This document shows, piece by piece, positions 45,201 through 57,359 of a stretch of 64,000 nt of DNA; the stretch's first letter is position 1; every line of letters starts with the position of its first letter. The notes beneath the pieces are model-generated. The model made no database searches, was not told the DNA's origin, and was given only the letters and a program-made list of their open reading frames with translations. Source of the stretch: Squalus acanthias (Eukaryota); the NCBI GenBank assembly GCA_030390025.1, contig CM059432.1, positions 25,112,001-25,176,000 of the forward strand, given 5' to 3'. The translations under genes were made by a program, and so were the position numbers.

Positions 45201-48200
45201 TGCTTCCTGTCTGCCAACCAGTTCTCTATCCAAATCAGTACCTCACCCCCAATCCCATGTGCTTTAACTTTGCACGCTAATCTCTTATGCGGGACCTTAT
45301 CGAAAGCCTTCTGAAAGTCCAAATACACCACATCCACTGGTTCTCCCTTATCTATTCTACCAGTTACATCGTCAAAAAATTCCAGTAAATTAGTCAGGCA
45401 TGATTTCCCTTTTGTAAATCCATGTTGACTTTGTCCGATCCTGTCACTGTTTTCCAAGCGCTCTGCTATTACATCTTTCATAATGGACTCTAGCATTTTG
45501 CACACTACTGATGTCAGGCTATAATTGCTCGTTTTTTCTCTAACACCTTTTTTAAATAGTGGGGTTAAATTAACTACCCTCCAATCCATGGGAACTGTTG
45601 CAGAGTCTATAGAATTTTGAAAGATGACCAGCAATGCATCTACTATTTCTTGGGTCACTTCCTTCAGCACCCTAGGATGTAGATTATCAGGCCCTGGGGA
45701 TTTATCAGCCTTCAATCTCATCAATTTCCCTAACACCATTTCCCTATAAATACTGATTTCATTCAATTCCTCCCTCTCATTAGACCCTATGTTCCCCGAC
45801 ATCTCTGGGAGTTTATTTGTGTCCTCCTTTGTGAAGACAGAACCAAAGTATGTATTTAATTCATCAGCCATTTCTTTGTTCCCCATTATAAATTCTCCTG
45901 ATTCTGACTGCAAGGGACCTATGCTTGCATCACCAATCTTTTTCTCTTCACATATCTATAGAAGCTTTTACAGTCAGTTTTTATGTTCCCTACAAGCTTA
46001 CTCTCATACTCTATTTTCCCCCTCTTAATTAATCCCTTTGTCCTCCTTTGCTGAATCCTAAACTGCTCCCAATGCTCAGGTTTGCTGCTTTTTCTGGCCA
46101 ATTTATATATCCTCTCCTTGGATCTTATGCTATCCCTAATTTCCCTTGTTAGCCACAGTTGAGTCACCTTTTTTGTTTTATTTTTATGCCAAACAGGGAT
46201 GAACAAATTCTGTAGTTCATCCATGCGATCTTTAAATGTTTGCCATTGCCTATCCACCGTCAACCCTTTAAGTAATGCTCCCCAATCCACCCTAGCCAAC
46301 TCGCGCCTCATACCATCGTAGTTTCCTTTATTTAAATTCAGGACCCTAGTCTCTGAGTCAACTACTTCACTCTCCATCTTGATGAAGAATTCTATCATAT
46401 TATGATCGCTCCTCCCCAAGGGGCCTTGCACAACAAGATTGCTAATTAATCCTTTCTCGTTACATAATACCCAGTCTAAGATGGCCTGATCTCTAGTTGG
46501 TTCCTCGACATATTGGTCCAGGAAACCATCCCGTATACACTCTAGGAATTCCTCCTTCACAGTATTGTTACTAATTTGGTTAGCCCAATCTATATGTAGA
46601 TTAAAGTCACCCATGATAACTGCTGTGCCCTTATTGCACACATCTCTAATTTCCCATTTAATGCCATCCCCAACCTCAGCATTACTGTTTGGGGGCCTGT
46701 ATACAACTCCCACTAACGTTTTCTGCCCCTTGGTATTTCTCAGCTCTACCCATACAGATTCCACATCATCAGAGCTAATATCCTTCCTTACTATTGTGTT
46801 AATCTCCTCTTTAACCAGCAATGCTACCCCACCTCCTTTTCCTTTTTGCCTGTCCTTCCTGAATATTGAATACCCCTGGATGTTGAATTCCCAGCCTTGG
46901 TCACCCTGGAGCCATGACTCCGTAATCCCAATTATATCATATCCGTTTACATCTATTTGCCCAGCTAATTCATCCACCTTATTACAAATGCTCCTCGCAT
47001 TAAGACACAAAGCCTTCAGGCTTGTTTTTTTAACACTCTTAGTCCTTTTAGAATTATTATTTACTGTATCCCTGTTTGATTTACACCCTTGATTTCTCTG
47101 CCTTCCAATTTGCTTTTCTCCTTCCTGTCTTTTGCTTCTATCCTTGCTTCCCTTTCCTCTGTCTCCCTGCACAGGTTCCCAACCCCCTGCCATTTTAGTT
47201 TAAACCCTCCCCAACAGCACTAGCAAACACTCCCCCTAGGACATTAGTCCCGGTCCTGCCCAGGTGCAAACCATCCAGAAGAAGGTGTAGCCACCACCTT
47301 GCTCCTTGAGCTGGCCTTCCCTGCCCGCCGGGTCTCGCTTAGTGCGGTGATGTCAATGTCAAAACGTCTGAGCTCCCGGGCAACGATAGCAGTGCGGCGT
47401 TCCGGTCTGTCACTGTTGGGGTTGTCCATGAGGGTCCTGACGTTCCAGGTCCCGAACTTCATTCTAAAGGGTGGAAGATGCCTGTGCGTGAATTCTTCTA
47501 ACATGGGGTGGCTATTGCACACCAGCTACCACACGGTCGCCTGAGGAAGAGAGTGTTTCAAGACCAGGACCTCATGGTCTACAGAGCAGTAGTAATACCC
47601 ACCCTCCTGTATGCCTCAAAGACATGGAACATGTACAGCAGGCACCTCAAAGCACTGGAGAGGTACCACCAACGCTGCCTCCGCAAGATCCTGCAAATCC
47701 ATTGGCAGGATAGGTGCACCAACGTCAGTGTTCTCGCTCATCCCCAGCATCGAAGCTTTGACCACACTCGATCAGCTCCGATGGACGGGTCACATCATCC
47801 GCATGCCCGATACGAGACTCCCAAAACAAGCGCTCTACTCGGAGCTCCGACATGGCAAGAGAGCCCCAGGAGGGCAGAGGAAACGCTTCAAGGACACCCT
47901 CAAAACCTCCTTGAAAAAGTGCAACATCCCCACCGACACCTGGGAATCTCTGGCCCAAGACCGCACACAGTGGAGGAGAAGCATCCGGGAAGGCACCGAA
48001 TACCTCGCGTCTCTTCGCTGGGAGCAAGCGGAAGCCAAGCGCAAGCAGCGCAAGGAGCTCACGTCAACCCAAGCACCCCACCCACCCGCCCCTTCAATCA
48101 CTGTCGGCCCTACCTGTGACAGAGACTGTAGGTCCCGCAATGGACTCATCAGTCACCTGAGAACTCATTTTTAGTGTGGAAGCAAGTCATCCTCGTTTCC

Positions 48201-48221
48201 GAGGGACTGCCTAAGAAGAAG
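42219..48221. mobile_element. RTE LINE with an inverted 5' part (minus, 42219-47536) and a sense 3' part (47535-48221), interrupted by CR1
   Basis: Minus strand: GTWNVRTL, SAYAPT, LGDFNA, FFDLTKAFD, GVKQGC; plus strand: QLRWTGH, CxxC..H..H, (AAG)n tail. Confidence 0.88.
44130..47276 (-). mobile_element. CR1 LINE (ORF1 end plus near-complete ORF2)
   Basis: ORFs 45919-47193 (APE) and 44402-45913 (RT); TCCAGAAG duplicated at 44122-44129 and 47274-47281. Confidence 0.95.
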
Positions 48222-49487
48222 TTTATACACTGTTATCCACATTATAATTTAGGCCCCTAATTTCCACCAGGAGGCTACATTAAATTTGATTTGAAATAGA
48301 CGGTTTTGATCTATATTATCTTGTAAAGCATAAGGATATCCTGTGAGGTAAGTTGTACTACAGTAGACAGAAAGCTCAATTGGTAACTAGTTCTGGATTG
48401 TCTGTAAATAAAGTTATTTGTCAGTAAATTCCATGGCGGTTCTCCCACCATGACCTCAGTGGAAGATATGTGGAAACTCCAGAGAAAATGTGTAAACAAC
48501 CATTTATGACATTTTTCCAGGACTTCTGTCAATTGTACACTGGAGTTACATCGAGAGATGGGGCAATCTCCACGGAAATGTTATCTTCTTGTTCGGTAAC
48601 ATCGGCACCAAGTGGTTCTTAACCAATAGCTATTCAACAATATTAGCCAATGATGTAGATAAACATGCCACCATGAAGTCCAATATTTGACAGGTTATAA
48701 TACACCCGATTTCTTCCCTGGGATTCAGTGTGGATAGAATTGCATTGTCCTATTCAATGAGTAAGATCAACAATGATGCACTAAGTCAACTGCTGAATAT
48801 GACTAAAAGGGAAAATGACTAAAATTCATCAGGATTTAAAGGAAGACACCAGTGGTCTTTAAAAGTGACAAGATACAGATGCCCAGAGAAACTGAAGAGG
48901 AGAAACTGGTCTGTAAATGCAGTCTCAGTTGCTATTACTGTAGATCTAAAGAGTGTGCATGTGTGTTTTGAAAACTGAACACAAATAAGGTAAGACATTG
49001 GACAAGAGAATTAAACTGAAGGAAGGACTGCCTGAAAAACAGGAGTAGCTAGCAACATAAAAAAAACAAAGCTGAATGAATTAAATAGACATTCAGACAT
49101 GTTCAAGAAGCAAAGTTTTCTCCACTGTAAAAATACTCTGAGATGTCTCTCTGTAAGTGAATAGCACTAAAGAAATATAGGTTATTGTCATTGAATGGGA
49201 CTTTACTAGCTTAGTATAACTCCAAGATGCATTATTAGCCTTTTATATTTAGTACACAAAGTCCTCCTTTTATTTGCTGTTAAATGTCACCCTCTTTGAT
49301 GACCTGTTTTGCTGTATCAATGGACTGATCATTAAACTAAGTCTACAGTTGACCAGACATCTGTTCTTTACAACTGTCAGGCTATGTCATAAAAGAGTAG
49401 AAATGACTGTTCTTTAAAAATGGCTAAAGCACTCAAAACAAATTCTTCTCTGATCTATTTTAGCGTAGGTTAATGTGTTCAACATTC

Positions 49488-50728
49488 AACAACAACTAGC
49501 TTTTACACAGCACCTTTAATATTGAAAAATATCCCACGGCACATCACAGATAGGAGTAAGGAAAACAGACACTGAGCTAGGAAAGGAGAAATTAAAAAGG
49601 GTGACCAAAACCTTTGTCAGAGATTGGTTTTCAGGATTTTAAAGGAAGAGAGGGGATTTCAGAGAGTAGGACCCAGCCACTGAGGCTCTGCCCTGTGAAG
49701 AGAGGGGAAGAAACACAGAAGGCTGAAGTCAGCAGAATGGACTGTCTGGAGCAGTAATGTAGGGTTGGAAGAGATTGCAAAGTAGGGACAAGATGAGACC
49801 ATTAAAGGATGTGAAGATGACACCTAGGATTTTAAATGTAATTTGTTGGGGGAAATAGTGTAGGTCAGTGAGGACAAGAGTGATGGTTGAGTGACGTGGG
49901 ACAGAATATAGGAGCTGGGTTTTTGGATAAGTTGGGGTTTCTGAAGGAAGGAAGAAGGTATCCATCAAGAAGTGCACTGGAATAGTGATGTTTGGAGCCG
50001 GAGCCAGAGCCAGGCAGTGTTACAGAAGTGATAGTAAGCGGTCTTTATGATGGAGAGTATATGGAGTCTGAAACTAAGCTTGGTCAAACAGAATGGCAAG
50101 ATTGCAAATTACCTGATTCATCCTGAGACAACAGCCAGGGATGGGGATGGAGTCAGTGAAAAGGCACTTTGTGACAGACTGATGACAAGAGCTTCAGTCT
50201 TCCCATTGTTATTTGGAGGGAGTTATAACTCATCCAATACTGAATGTCAGGCAAAAAGTTTGACAGATTGAGAGAGGTGGTGGAGAGGGAGAGCTGGATG
50301 TCTTTGAAGTACATGTAGAAGCTGACCCCATATCTCTTGTCGATATTGGCAAGGGGCAGCATGTAAATGAACAAGAAGAGGGAGCTCAAGATAGATCATT
50401 TGTGGACTTTTGGAGTGACGATGCAGAAGTGAGAAGAGAAGCTATCGCTGGAGTTGCTGCATTTGGAATTCTGCAAGTGCAGTCCCATGGAGCTGGGCAA
50501 TGGAGGAGAGTTGTTAAAAAAGGATTGGGAGAAGATGGCATGATCCACCAAGTTGAACGCTGCAGACAGGTTGAGAAGTAGGATATGGAATAATGCACCA
50601 TGGTTACAATCATAGAGAATATCATTTGTGACTTTGGTTAGGGCTGTTTGGTGCTATGAGAAGGGTGGAAGCCAGACTGGAAAATTCAAAGATTCAAACG
50701 GAGACTTATGGGAGAGATGGGCATGGAG
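49488..50728 (-). mobile_element. Old L2 LINE 3' part
   Basis: Colinear with 11853-13205 but degenerate. Confidence 0.8.
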
Positions 50729-50756
50729 GCGAGAGAGCAGCTTAGCAAGTCAATCG

Positions 50757-52436
50757 TGGCAGAGGTTTCATGATGAATAGTGCAGGGGGTGGTGTTTTTG
50801 TGTCAGCTTCACCTCGGACTTCTGAGCGGTTCGAATCGCTCCCATGTCCTTGGTTCTAGACCTTGGACTTATTTGGGGGTTGTGACAAAAGTGCAGCGGA
50901 CAACTGGTTTGGTGCAAGAACTTTTGATCTTTATTCAAGAGAGTAAATATAACACAACAATCTTAACACTCTAATAAAATGGGGAACACTTCGGTATATA
51001 CGAGGGAAATAACATTAGAAGAATACTTCACCCCTCTCAATCCCACTTCACTAGCTAAGTTGGGCTCTAGAGAACCAGGGATAATGCTCACCAAACGAAT
51101 CCTTGACAGTTGAGCTGGTTCGCGGTTTCGGGGTTCGCTGGATTGGATTTATCGGGTGAGTACCCACTTTTCTTTGGTTAGAGGTAGGGTTTAGAGTCTT
51201 TTTAAGTAAAAAGTTTCGTAAGGCCCTTGTTGCCGCGAGGTGTCCGATGGTCACTGAGGCGGTCGCTCTGGTCTCTTCTTGCATGTCGGCCTACTTCTGG
51301 AGCTGTTGGCCTCCTTTGTTGAACGGTCTTGTTTTCAAGCTGTCGACCTCCTGGCTGGACACGTAACTGCTGAACGGTTGTACTGGAGAGCTGCTTCCTT
51401 GCTGCTTGCTGAACTCCTTGCTGCTTGCTTGTTGAACTGCTTGCTGAATTCCTTGCTGCTGTGTAACTGTTGAACTGCTTGTCTCCTGAACTGTGTACGG
51501 TAGTACTCGAGAACTCGAACTGTTGTAACTGTGTAACTGCTCCACCCTTGAACTTGAGAAAACAGGCCTTCAATTATACTGATTGGGGCCTCCTAATCAG
51601 TCCCGGGTTATTGTAAGATTTTGGCGGGTTCGTAACAGTAACCTGTTTGTAAATGTGTGAAGTGGTTTCAGGATGGTTCCATCCTGTCGATCTGCTTGCT
51701 TGATTGTAGCTGATTGTTCTCACGTTTTGAGTTTCTTGACTGGGCCTGGGATTTCTACAGAGTGGGTCTAAGTGATCTGTTTTATGCATGTCTTGATGGG
51801 TCCTGTAATTTGGGTGGAGACTATTCTTCCTCGGGTTTATTGTTAGGATGTTAATGTCTGATAGGGGCCGATTTAACTCCAAGCGAGGTCATGCGGTTCC
51901 CCAGACAGTTCCCATTAACTCCAATATCCAAACTGTCTTTACAGAGGTTGACCCCACCTTCCTTTACAGCCTTTTCTCCCTTACAAGTTCAGACATGTCT
52001 TTTAAAATACCAAGTCTTGGTTTTTGCTCTAAAATGTCCTTCGGTTAGGCCCAATGCATTTCACCACCCTGAAATAGTTAGAAAAGAGTCCAAAGTCTTT
52101 TTCCTTATGGTTTGTCTTCGAATTTTGGGGATCTGTGAATTTTGAGAATCTTACAATAGACAGCCAAAGAGGTATTCGTACGAGAACCGTTCTTACTTTA
52201 ATTTCTACTCTGCAGTATTTCCTTTGTCTTTCAGAGTCTTTTTGTTGTATTGCCTTTGTGTTTATGCAATTCTTTAGTAATATTGAATAAATGTTGGAAA
52301 TGTACTTGTTCCCTTGTCTTTGCATGACCTTCATGGTATTTTTCTTTTCTTTCTTGGTTTTACAGATTCCAGTTCTTTTCATTTGGACTGTAACCCCAGA
52401 TACATCATGGTAATTTGTGAAATGAAACCTTTTACA
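50757..52436 (-). mobile_element. Solo-LTR-like element, about 1.7 kb
   Basis: Inverted termini TGGCAGAGGTTTCAT / ATGAAACCTTTTACA; minus-strand TATA-like near 51575 and AATAAA near 50932; no clean TSD. Confidence 0.6.
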
Positions 52437-52733
52437 ATGCACACCTACAGTAATCCCAAGTGGCAGTGCATTCTACATTAATAGGACAAAAAAAAAATCA
52501 CAATTGCATCTGTCTCTGTGTCCCAGATCCCATGGCAGCCCGGAGACAAGTGGAAAATGAGTTTTAAACAGACAACTTTTTATTTTTTGAGTAGCTTCAA
52601 GAGAGATATGGGTAAGTCAAATGAATTCAAACAAAACCTGAGAACTGAGTTTTGATGAAGCGTCACACTCAAACATTAAAAAAAAGATTTCTTCTTTATA
52701 GATGTTGATCAATCTGTGCAGGTCAAACATTTT

Positions 52734-52890
52734 GGGGGTAATTGTGACTTTGGGTGATGGTCTAAAATGCACGACATCGGTTCGGCCACTCATTGAAGTC
52801 AATGGAAAAGAAAATCGGGAGAGATGTTTAAGGGATGGCCAAGCCGAAATCGCACCTTTTACCCTATGGCCAAAGGCCCAAATTACCCCC
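52734..52890. mobile_element. Small Harbinger-type MITE
   Basis: Perfect 10-bp TIR GGGGGTAATT / AATTACCCCC with TTT flanks. Confidence 0.78.
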
Positions 52891-53236
52891 TTTCTATTTT
52901 AAAAACCCTTAAATCACAAGGGTAGATATAACTAATGCTTAATATGTCCATATGGCATTCCTCTGTCCAGTACTTCAACAGAGGAGTTAACCGATTTAAA
53001 ATAAATGGCCGATCCGATTCATTCTAACAGACACTAATTCTGCCTTTGAAATGCTCTGATTGGTTGACAATCATCAATCCCATGTTTTTTTTTCTTACAA
53101 AACACTGAAAACCTACCACATGACTTGAAACATTGACTGTCATCTTAAAGAACTGATAGTGAGCATGTATGGCATAATGTGGGCTAAAGTCACATGTAAG
53201 GGCAGCAGACTCCTTTCTTTGAAGGTCATCAGTGAA

Positions 53237-53415
53237 ACAACAACAACTTGCATTCATATAGTGCTTTTAACGTAGTAAAATTTCCCAAAGCTCTTCACAG
53301 GAGCTTTTTCAGTCAAAATTTTACACCAACCCAGATAAGGGCATATTAATAACCAAAAGCTTAGTCAAAGAGATAGATTTTATGAAGTGTCTTAGAGGAG
53401 AGAGAGGTAGAGAAG
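53237..53415 (-). mobile_element. L2 3' tail fragment
   Basis: Homologous to 11853-12040. Confidence 0.75.
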
Positions 53416-53534
53416 CAGGAGAGCTGGTAAATTCATCACCTTCGGCATCATAGCATTCCCTTAATCCATTGCCCATTCTACAACATAAAATACATCAGTG
53501 AAATATGGCCATAGAGTTTTAAGGGAGTTAGCCC

Positions 53535-53730
53535 TCAACTAACATCGCTGAAACAGATTATCTGATCATTTACCTCACTGCTGTTTGTGGGACCTAATTA
53601 TATGCAAATTGGCTGATGCATTTGCGTATAGTACAACAGAGTCTATAATTCAAAAGTACTTAATTGGCTGTGAAGCGTTTTGGGACATGAGGTTGTGAGA
53701 GGCGCTATATAAATGCAGTTTAAAAAAAAA
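53535..53730 (+). repeat. SacSINE1-like 3' part
   Basis: Homologous to 41285-41445. Confidence 0.8.
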
Positions 53731-54167
53731 CACTTACATTTATATAGCACCTTCCACGACTAACAAAGCGCTTTACAGCCAATGAAATACTTTTTTGGAG
53801 TGTAGTCTCTGTTGTAATGTGGGATACATGGCAGTCAATTTGCACACAGCAAGCTCCCACAAACAGCAATGTGATAATGACCAGATAATCTGTTTTTGTT
53901 ATGTTGATTGAGGGATAAATATTGGCCAGAACACCATGGATAACTCCCCTGCTCTTCTTCGAAATAGTGCCATGGGATCTTTTACGTCCACCTGAGAGAG
54001 CAGACAGGGCCTCGGTTTAACGTCTCATCCGAAAGCACCTCCAACAGTGCAGCACTCCACTGGAGTGTCAGCCTAGATTTATGTGCTCAAGGCCCTGGAG
54101 TGGGACTTGAACCCACAATCTTCTGCCGTAGAGGCGAGTGTGCTACCCACTGAGCCACAACTGACAC
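53731..54167 (-). repeat. Full-length SacSINE1-like DeuSINE
   Basis: Minus-strand A box tggctcagtgg, B box ggttcaagtcc, Deu-like centre, L2-like tail. Confidence 0.85.
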
Positions 54168-54606
54168 ATGCAACATTTTAGCATTTTACCTCGCAAATCT
54201 CGCTATTCAGGAGTATCCAAGATCACATGTGCTAGCCCCAGCCCCTGATGTTGCATAACGGACATGGAGCACCGCAGGTGTGGATTAGCACAGACATTCA
54301 GATCCTCCAGGGCAAGATATTAAACACATGCATTGACTGGGCGAATTGTGGCTGTGAATCATAGCCCCTGCAAATAAAGATACTTCTCCCACCACTGAAT
54401 CTTCACCCGCATCAGTTGACTGCACAAATTCAACTGGGCACGGTTCTACTGGCGATCTGAACTGATCTCGCTCTCAACCAATGTTCAAATACAGGTACTT
54501 CCAGTAAGGGTCACTAAATAGCAATCAGGCTGGAAACCCTGGCTGATTTATTTTCACCTCCCTATACCCAGTGACAATGAGTCAAATAGTAGCATCTCTA
54601 CTCTCA

Positions 54607-55200
54607 TAGAACATAGAAAAATAGAAGCAGGAGTAGGCCATTCGGCCCTTCGAGCCTGCTCCGCCATTCAATATGATCATGGCTGATCCTCTATCTCAAT
54701 ACCATATTCCCGCTCTCTCCCCATACCCCTTGATGCCTTTTGTGTCTAGAAATCTATCTATCTCCTTCTTAAATATATTCAGTGACTTGGCCTCCACAGC
54801 CTTCTGTGGTAGATAATTCCAATGGTTCACCACCCTCTGAGTGAAGAAATTTCTCCTCATTTCAGTCCTAAATGTCCTACCCCGTATCCTGAGTCTGTGA
54901 CCCCTCGTTCTAGAGCCCCCAGCCAGGGGAAACATTCTCCCTGCATCCAGTCTGTCTAGCCCTGTCAGAATTTTATACGTTTCCACGAGATCCCCTCTCA
55001 TTCTTCTAAACTCTAGTGAATGCAGGCCTAGTTGACCCAATCTCTCCTCATACGACAGTCCTGCCATCCCAGGAATCAGTCTGGTGAACCTTTGCTGCAC
55101 TCCCTCTATGGCAAGTATATCCTTTCTTAGGTAAGGAGACCAAAACTGTACACAGTACTCCAGGTTTGGTCTCACCAAGGCCCTGTATAACTGTAGTATA
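54607..55200 (-). mobile_element. CR1 3' fragment
   Basis: ORF 54696-55274 matches the CR1 C-terminus; (catagaa) tail. Confidence 0.92.
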
Positions 55201-55917
55201 TCCTGGCTAAAATGAATGAACATACCAACTGAGCAAGCCTGCAACTTACCTGTTTGTACAGCTGGGTTCCACATTAAGCAGTGTATTTACCAGCTCAGCC
55301 ATTGAGGAGAGGTGTAAATAAAGATCTTTTTAGACCTGTCTATGCGTTGGGTACTTTGATTCCATTCAGTGAATTATGTTGTCTATAAAAGGTTACTCAG
55401 GAGCTTACAGAACATAATTAGGAGGAAAATGTAAAATAGGGAAAATAATTTGCTCAGATTAATTCTTTAATTCAAGACATATTTCATCTAATTACTCCAT
55501 TGACACATTGACAATCTGACTACAATAACTTTATATATGTATTTCCCTTTTAACAATAACCCTGCTGCTGCTAGCTTGAATTGCCGATTTCTGCCTTTCA
55601 TGCTAAGTCACAATTAACCTCAGGTAACCTTTTGTGTAAAATTGATAATGGCTCCTTTTCAAGTTCCGCAACATTACTCATTGTGAAGCATTGTAATCGG
55701 ATGTGAAGGAATTACGGATGTTATGTGAGAGATGAACAACAACTGGGACTCCGTTGCAGCCTTGAACACAGTTTGAAAGATTTTTTTTAATAGTATACTA
55801 GTTTATCTAATGTGGCAAAACCTATCTTCCTTTTCTATGGCATGGTCAGTCACTGTCATTTTGTTGCATTTTTAGATGTGATTGCTTGTTTTTTATAACG
55901 GAAATTTCTACTCATCA

Positions 55918-56625
55918 AGGTGAGAGATGCTGGTGCTGGGCAGTTAATCAATTTCCATTTGGGCATCAAGTACTCCCAGGTCAGCACAATGCAATTAAAC
56001 TTTTGCCACTCTGTCCCATCAATGTGCCTCAGCCCCAACCTTAGGTCAGCAACCCCTGACAAACTAGCAATCTTATGGGACCTCTGAGTGAGAGTCTCAA
56101 TTTAATGCTGAATTGGAGGTATGATAATGTAGGGGTTATGTTACTGGACTGGTCAGCCAGAGGTCTGGAATGATAATCCATGGCAGCTTGAGAATCTGAA
56201 ATCAGTTTTAAAATATCTGGAAATAAAAAGCTGGTATCAGTCCAAAAAAAATGACCATGAAACTATTGGATTGTCGTAAAAACCCAACTTGTTCACTAAT
56301 ATCGTTTAGGGAAGGAAACCTGCTGTCCTTACTTGGTCTGGCCTATATGTGACTCCAGTCCCACACCAACGTGGTTAACTCTTAACCACAAAGAAAAACA
56401 GCAGTTCAAGAAGTTGGCCCACCACCTCCACCTTCTCGAAGCAAATAGGGATGAGCAATAAATGCCAGGCTTTCCAGCGATGCTCACATCCTGAGAATAA
56501 ATTCGGAAATAAATTAGAGGCAGTGTTGTGTTGTGGTCCCGTGCTCACTAGAAACTGGATTGAGACTGTCCAAAGTCTGGGCTGGATTTAGGGCCAAAGA
56601 GGTGAAAGATGCACTGCCTCATTGA
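55918..56625 (-). repeat. LF-SINE-like element interrupted by SINE family B
   Basis: Minus strand ctttcacctct..aatccagccca, gtctcaatccagtttctagtg and tgaggcacattg match recalled LF-SINE blocks in order. Confidence 0.6.
56113..56505 (+). repeat. SINE family B, near full length
   Basis: tRNA-like head; 3' tail matches LINE family X. Confidence 0.8.
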
Positions 56626-57359
56626 GGGGAAATACAACCCATAATACACAAGGTTGTAATTATTTTAACGTGGGTCACATTTTTTATCAAATGACCGGAA
56701 GAGTATTCTATAATTTTATTAAGGTGATTACCAGATATGCAAGCGTGAGGCACTTTAGACAGTATCCTAGTGGTTAATGCCATTACTCACTGCTTGGGGG
56801 AAATACTGCAAATTGCAACACATGACACTTTAACTTTATTAATTTAACACCCAATCATAAATTAGTTTGGATTATGCAAATTAGGAAGTGGGATTGACGT
56901 ATTTAGCCTGTGTAAAGATGTGACATCATGGGCTGGTGGCAGGAAAGGACACAAACCAACAGAATGAAACAAAACAGCAAAGACATTTTGCAGACGGTGA
57001 ATTATTTATTTTGGGTAAAATAAATCCAGTTCAATGAAGCTTTCTTACTAAACAAAACAACCCTATCCACCACTGAAGGGTAAGGGTGGACATGGACTAC
57101 TAGACTTTATGGGGTCAACAAAGCATGGAAAATTCCATAATCTTCCAGGATCACGGGAACAGGCTAACAGGGCCTTTGTTTAATGTCTCATGCGCATGCC
57201 CAGCAGTGCAGCACTCTCTCAGTACTATGCTGAAGTGTTAACCTAGATTATGGGCTTTATTCCTGAAGTTTTCTGACTCAGAGTTGAGAGTGCTGCCACT
57301 GAGTCAAACTGACACTTGAATGCAATTAAATGTCCAACACACACAGTGTACCAAAAGTA

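Noticed and set aside
47110..47193. MAGGWEP as the true ORF2 N-terminus
   Set aside because: The equivalent ATG frame stops after 8 codons in the 5121 copy; the -1 frame aligns better between copies
51051..51882. Q/S-rich ORFs
   Set aside because: By-products of short tandem repeats in an LTR-like element
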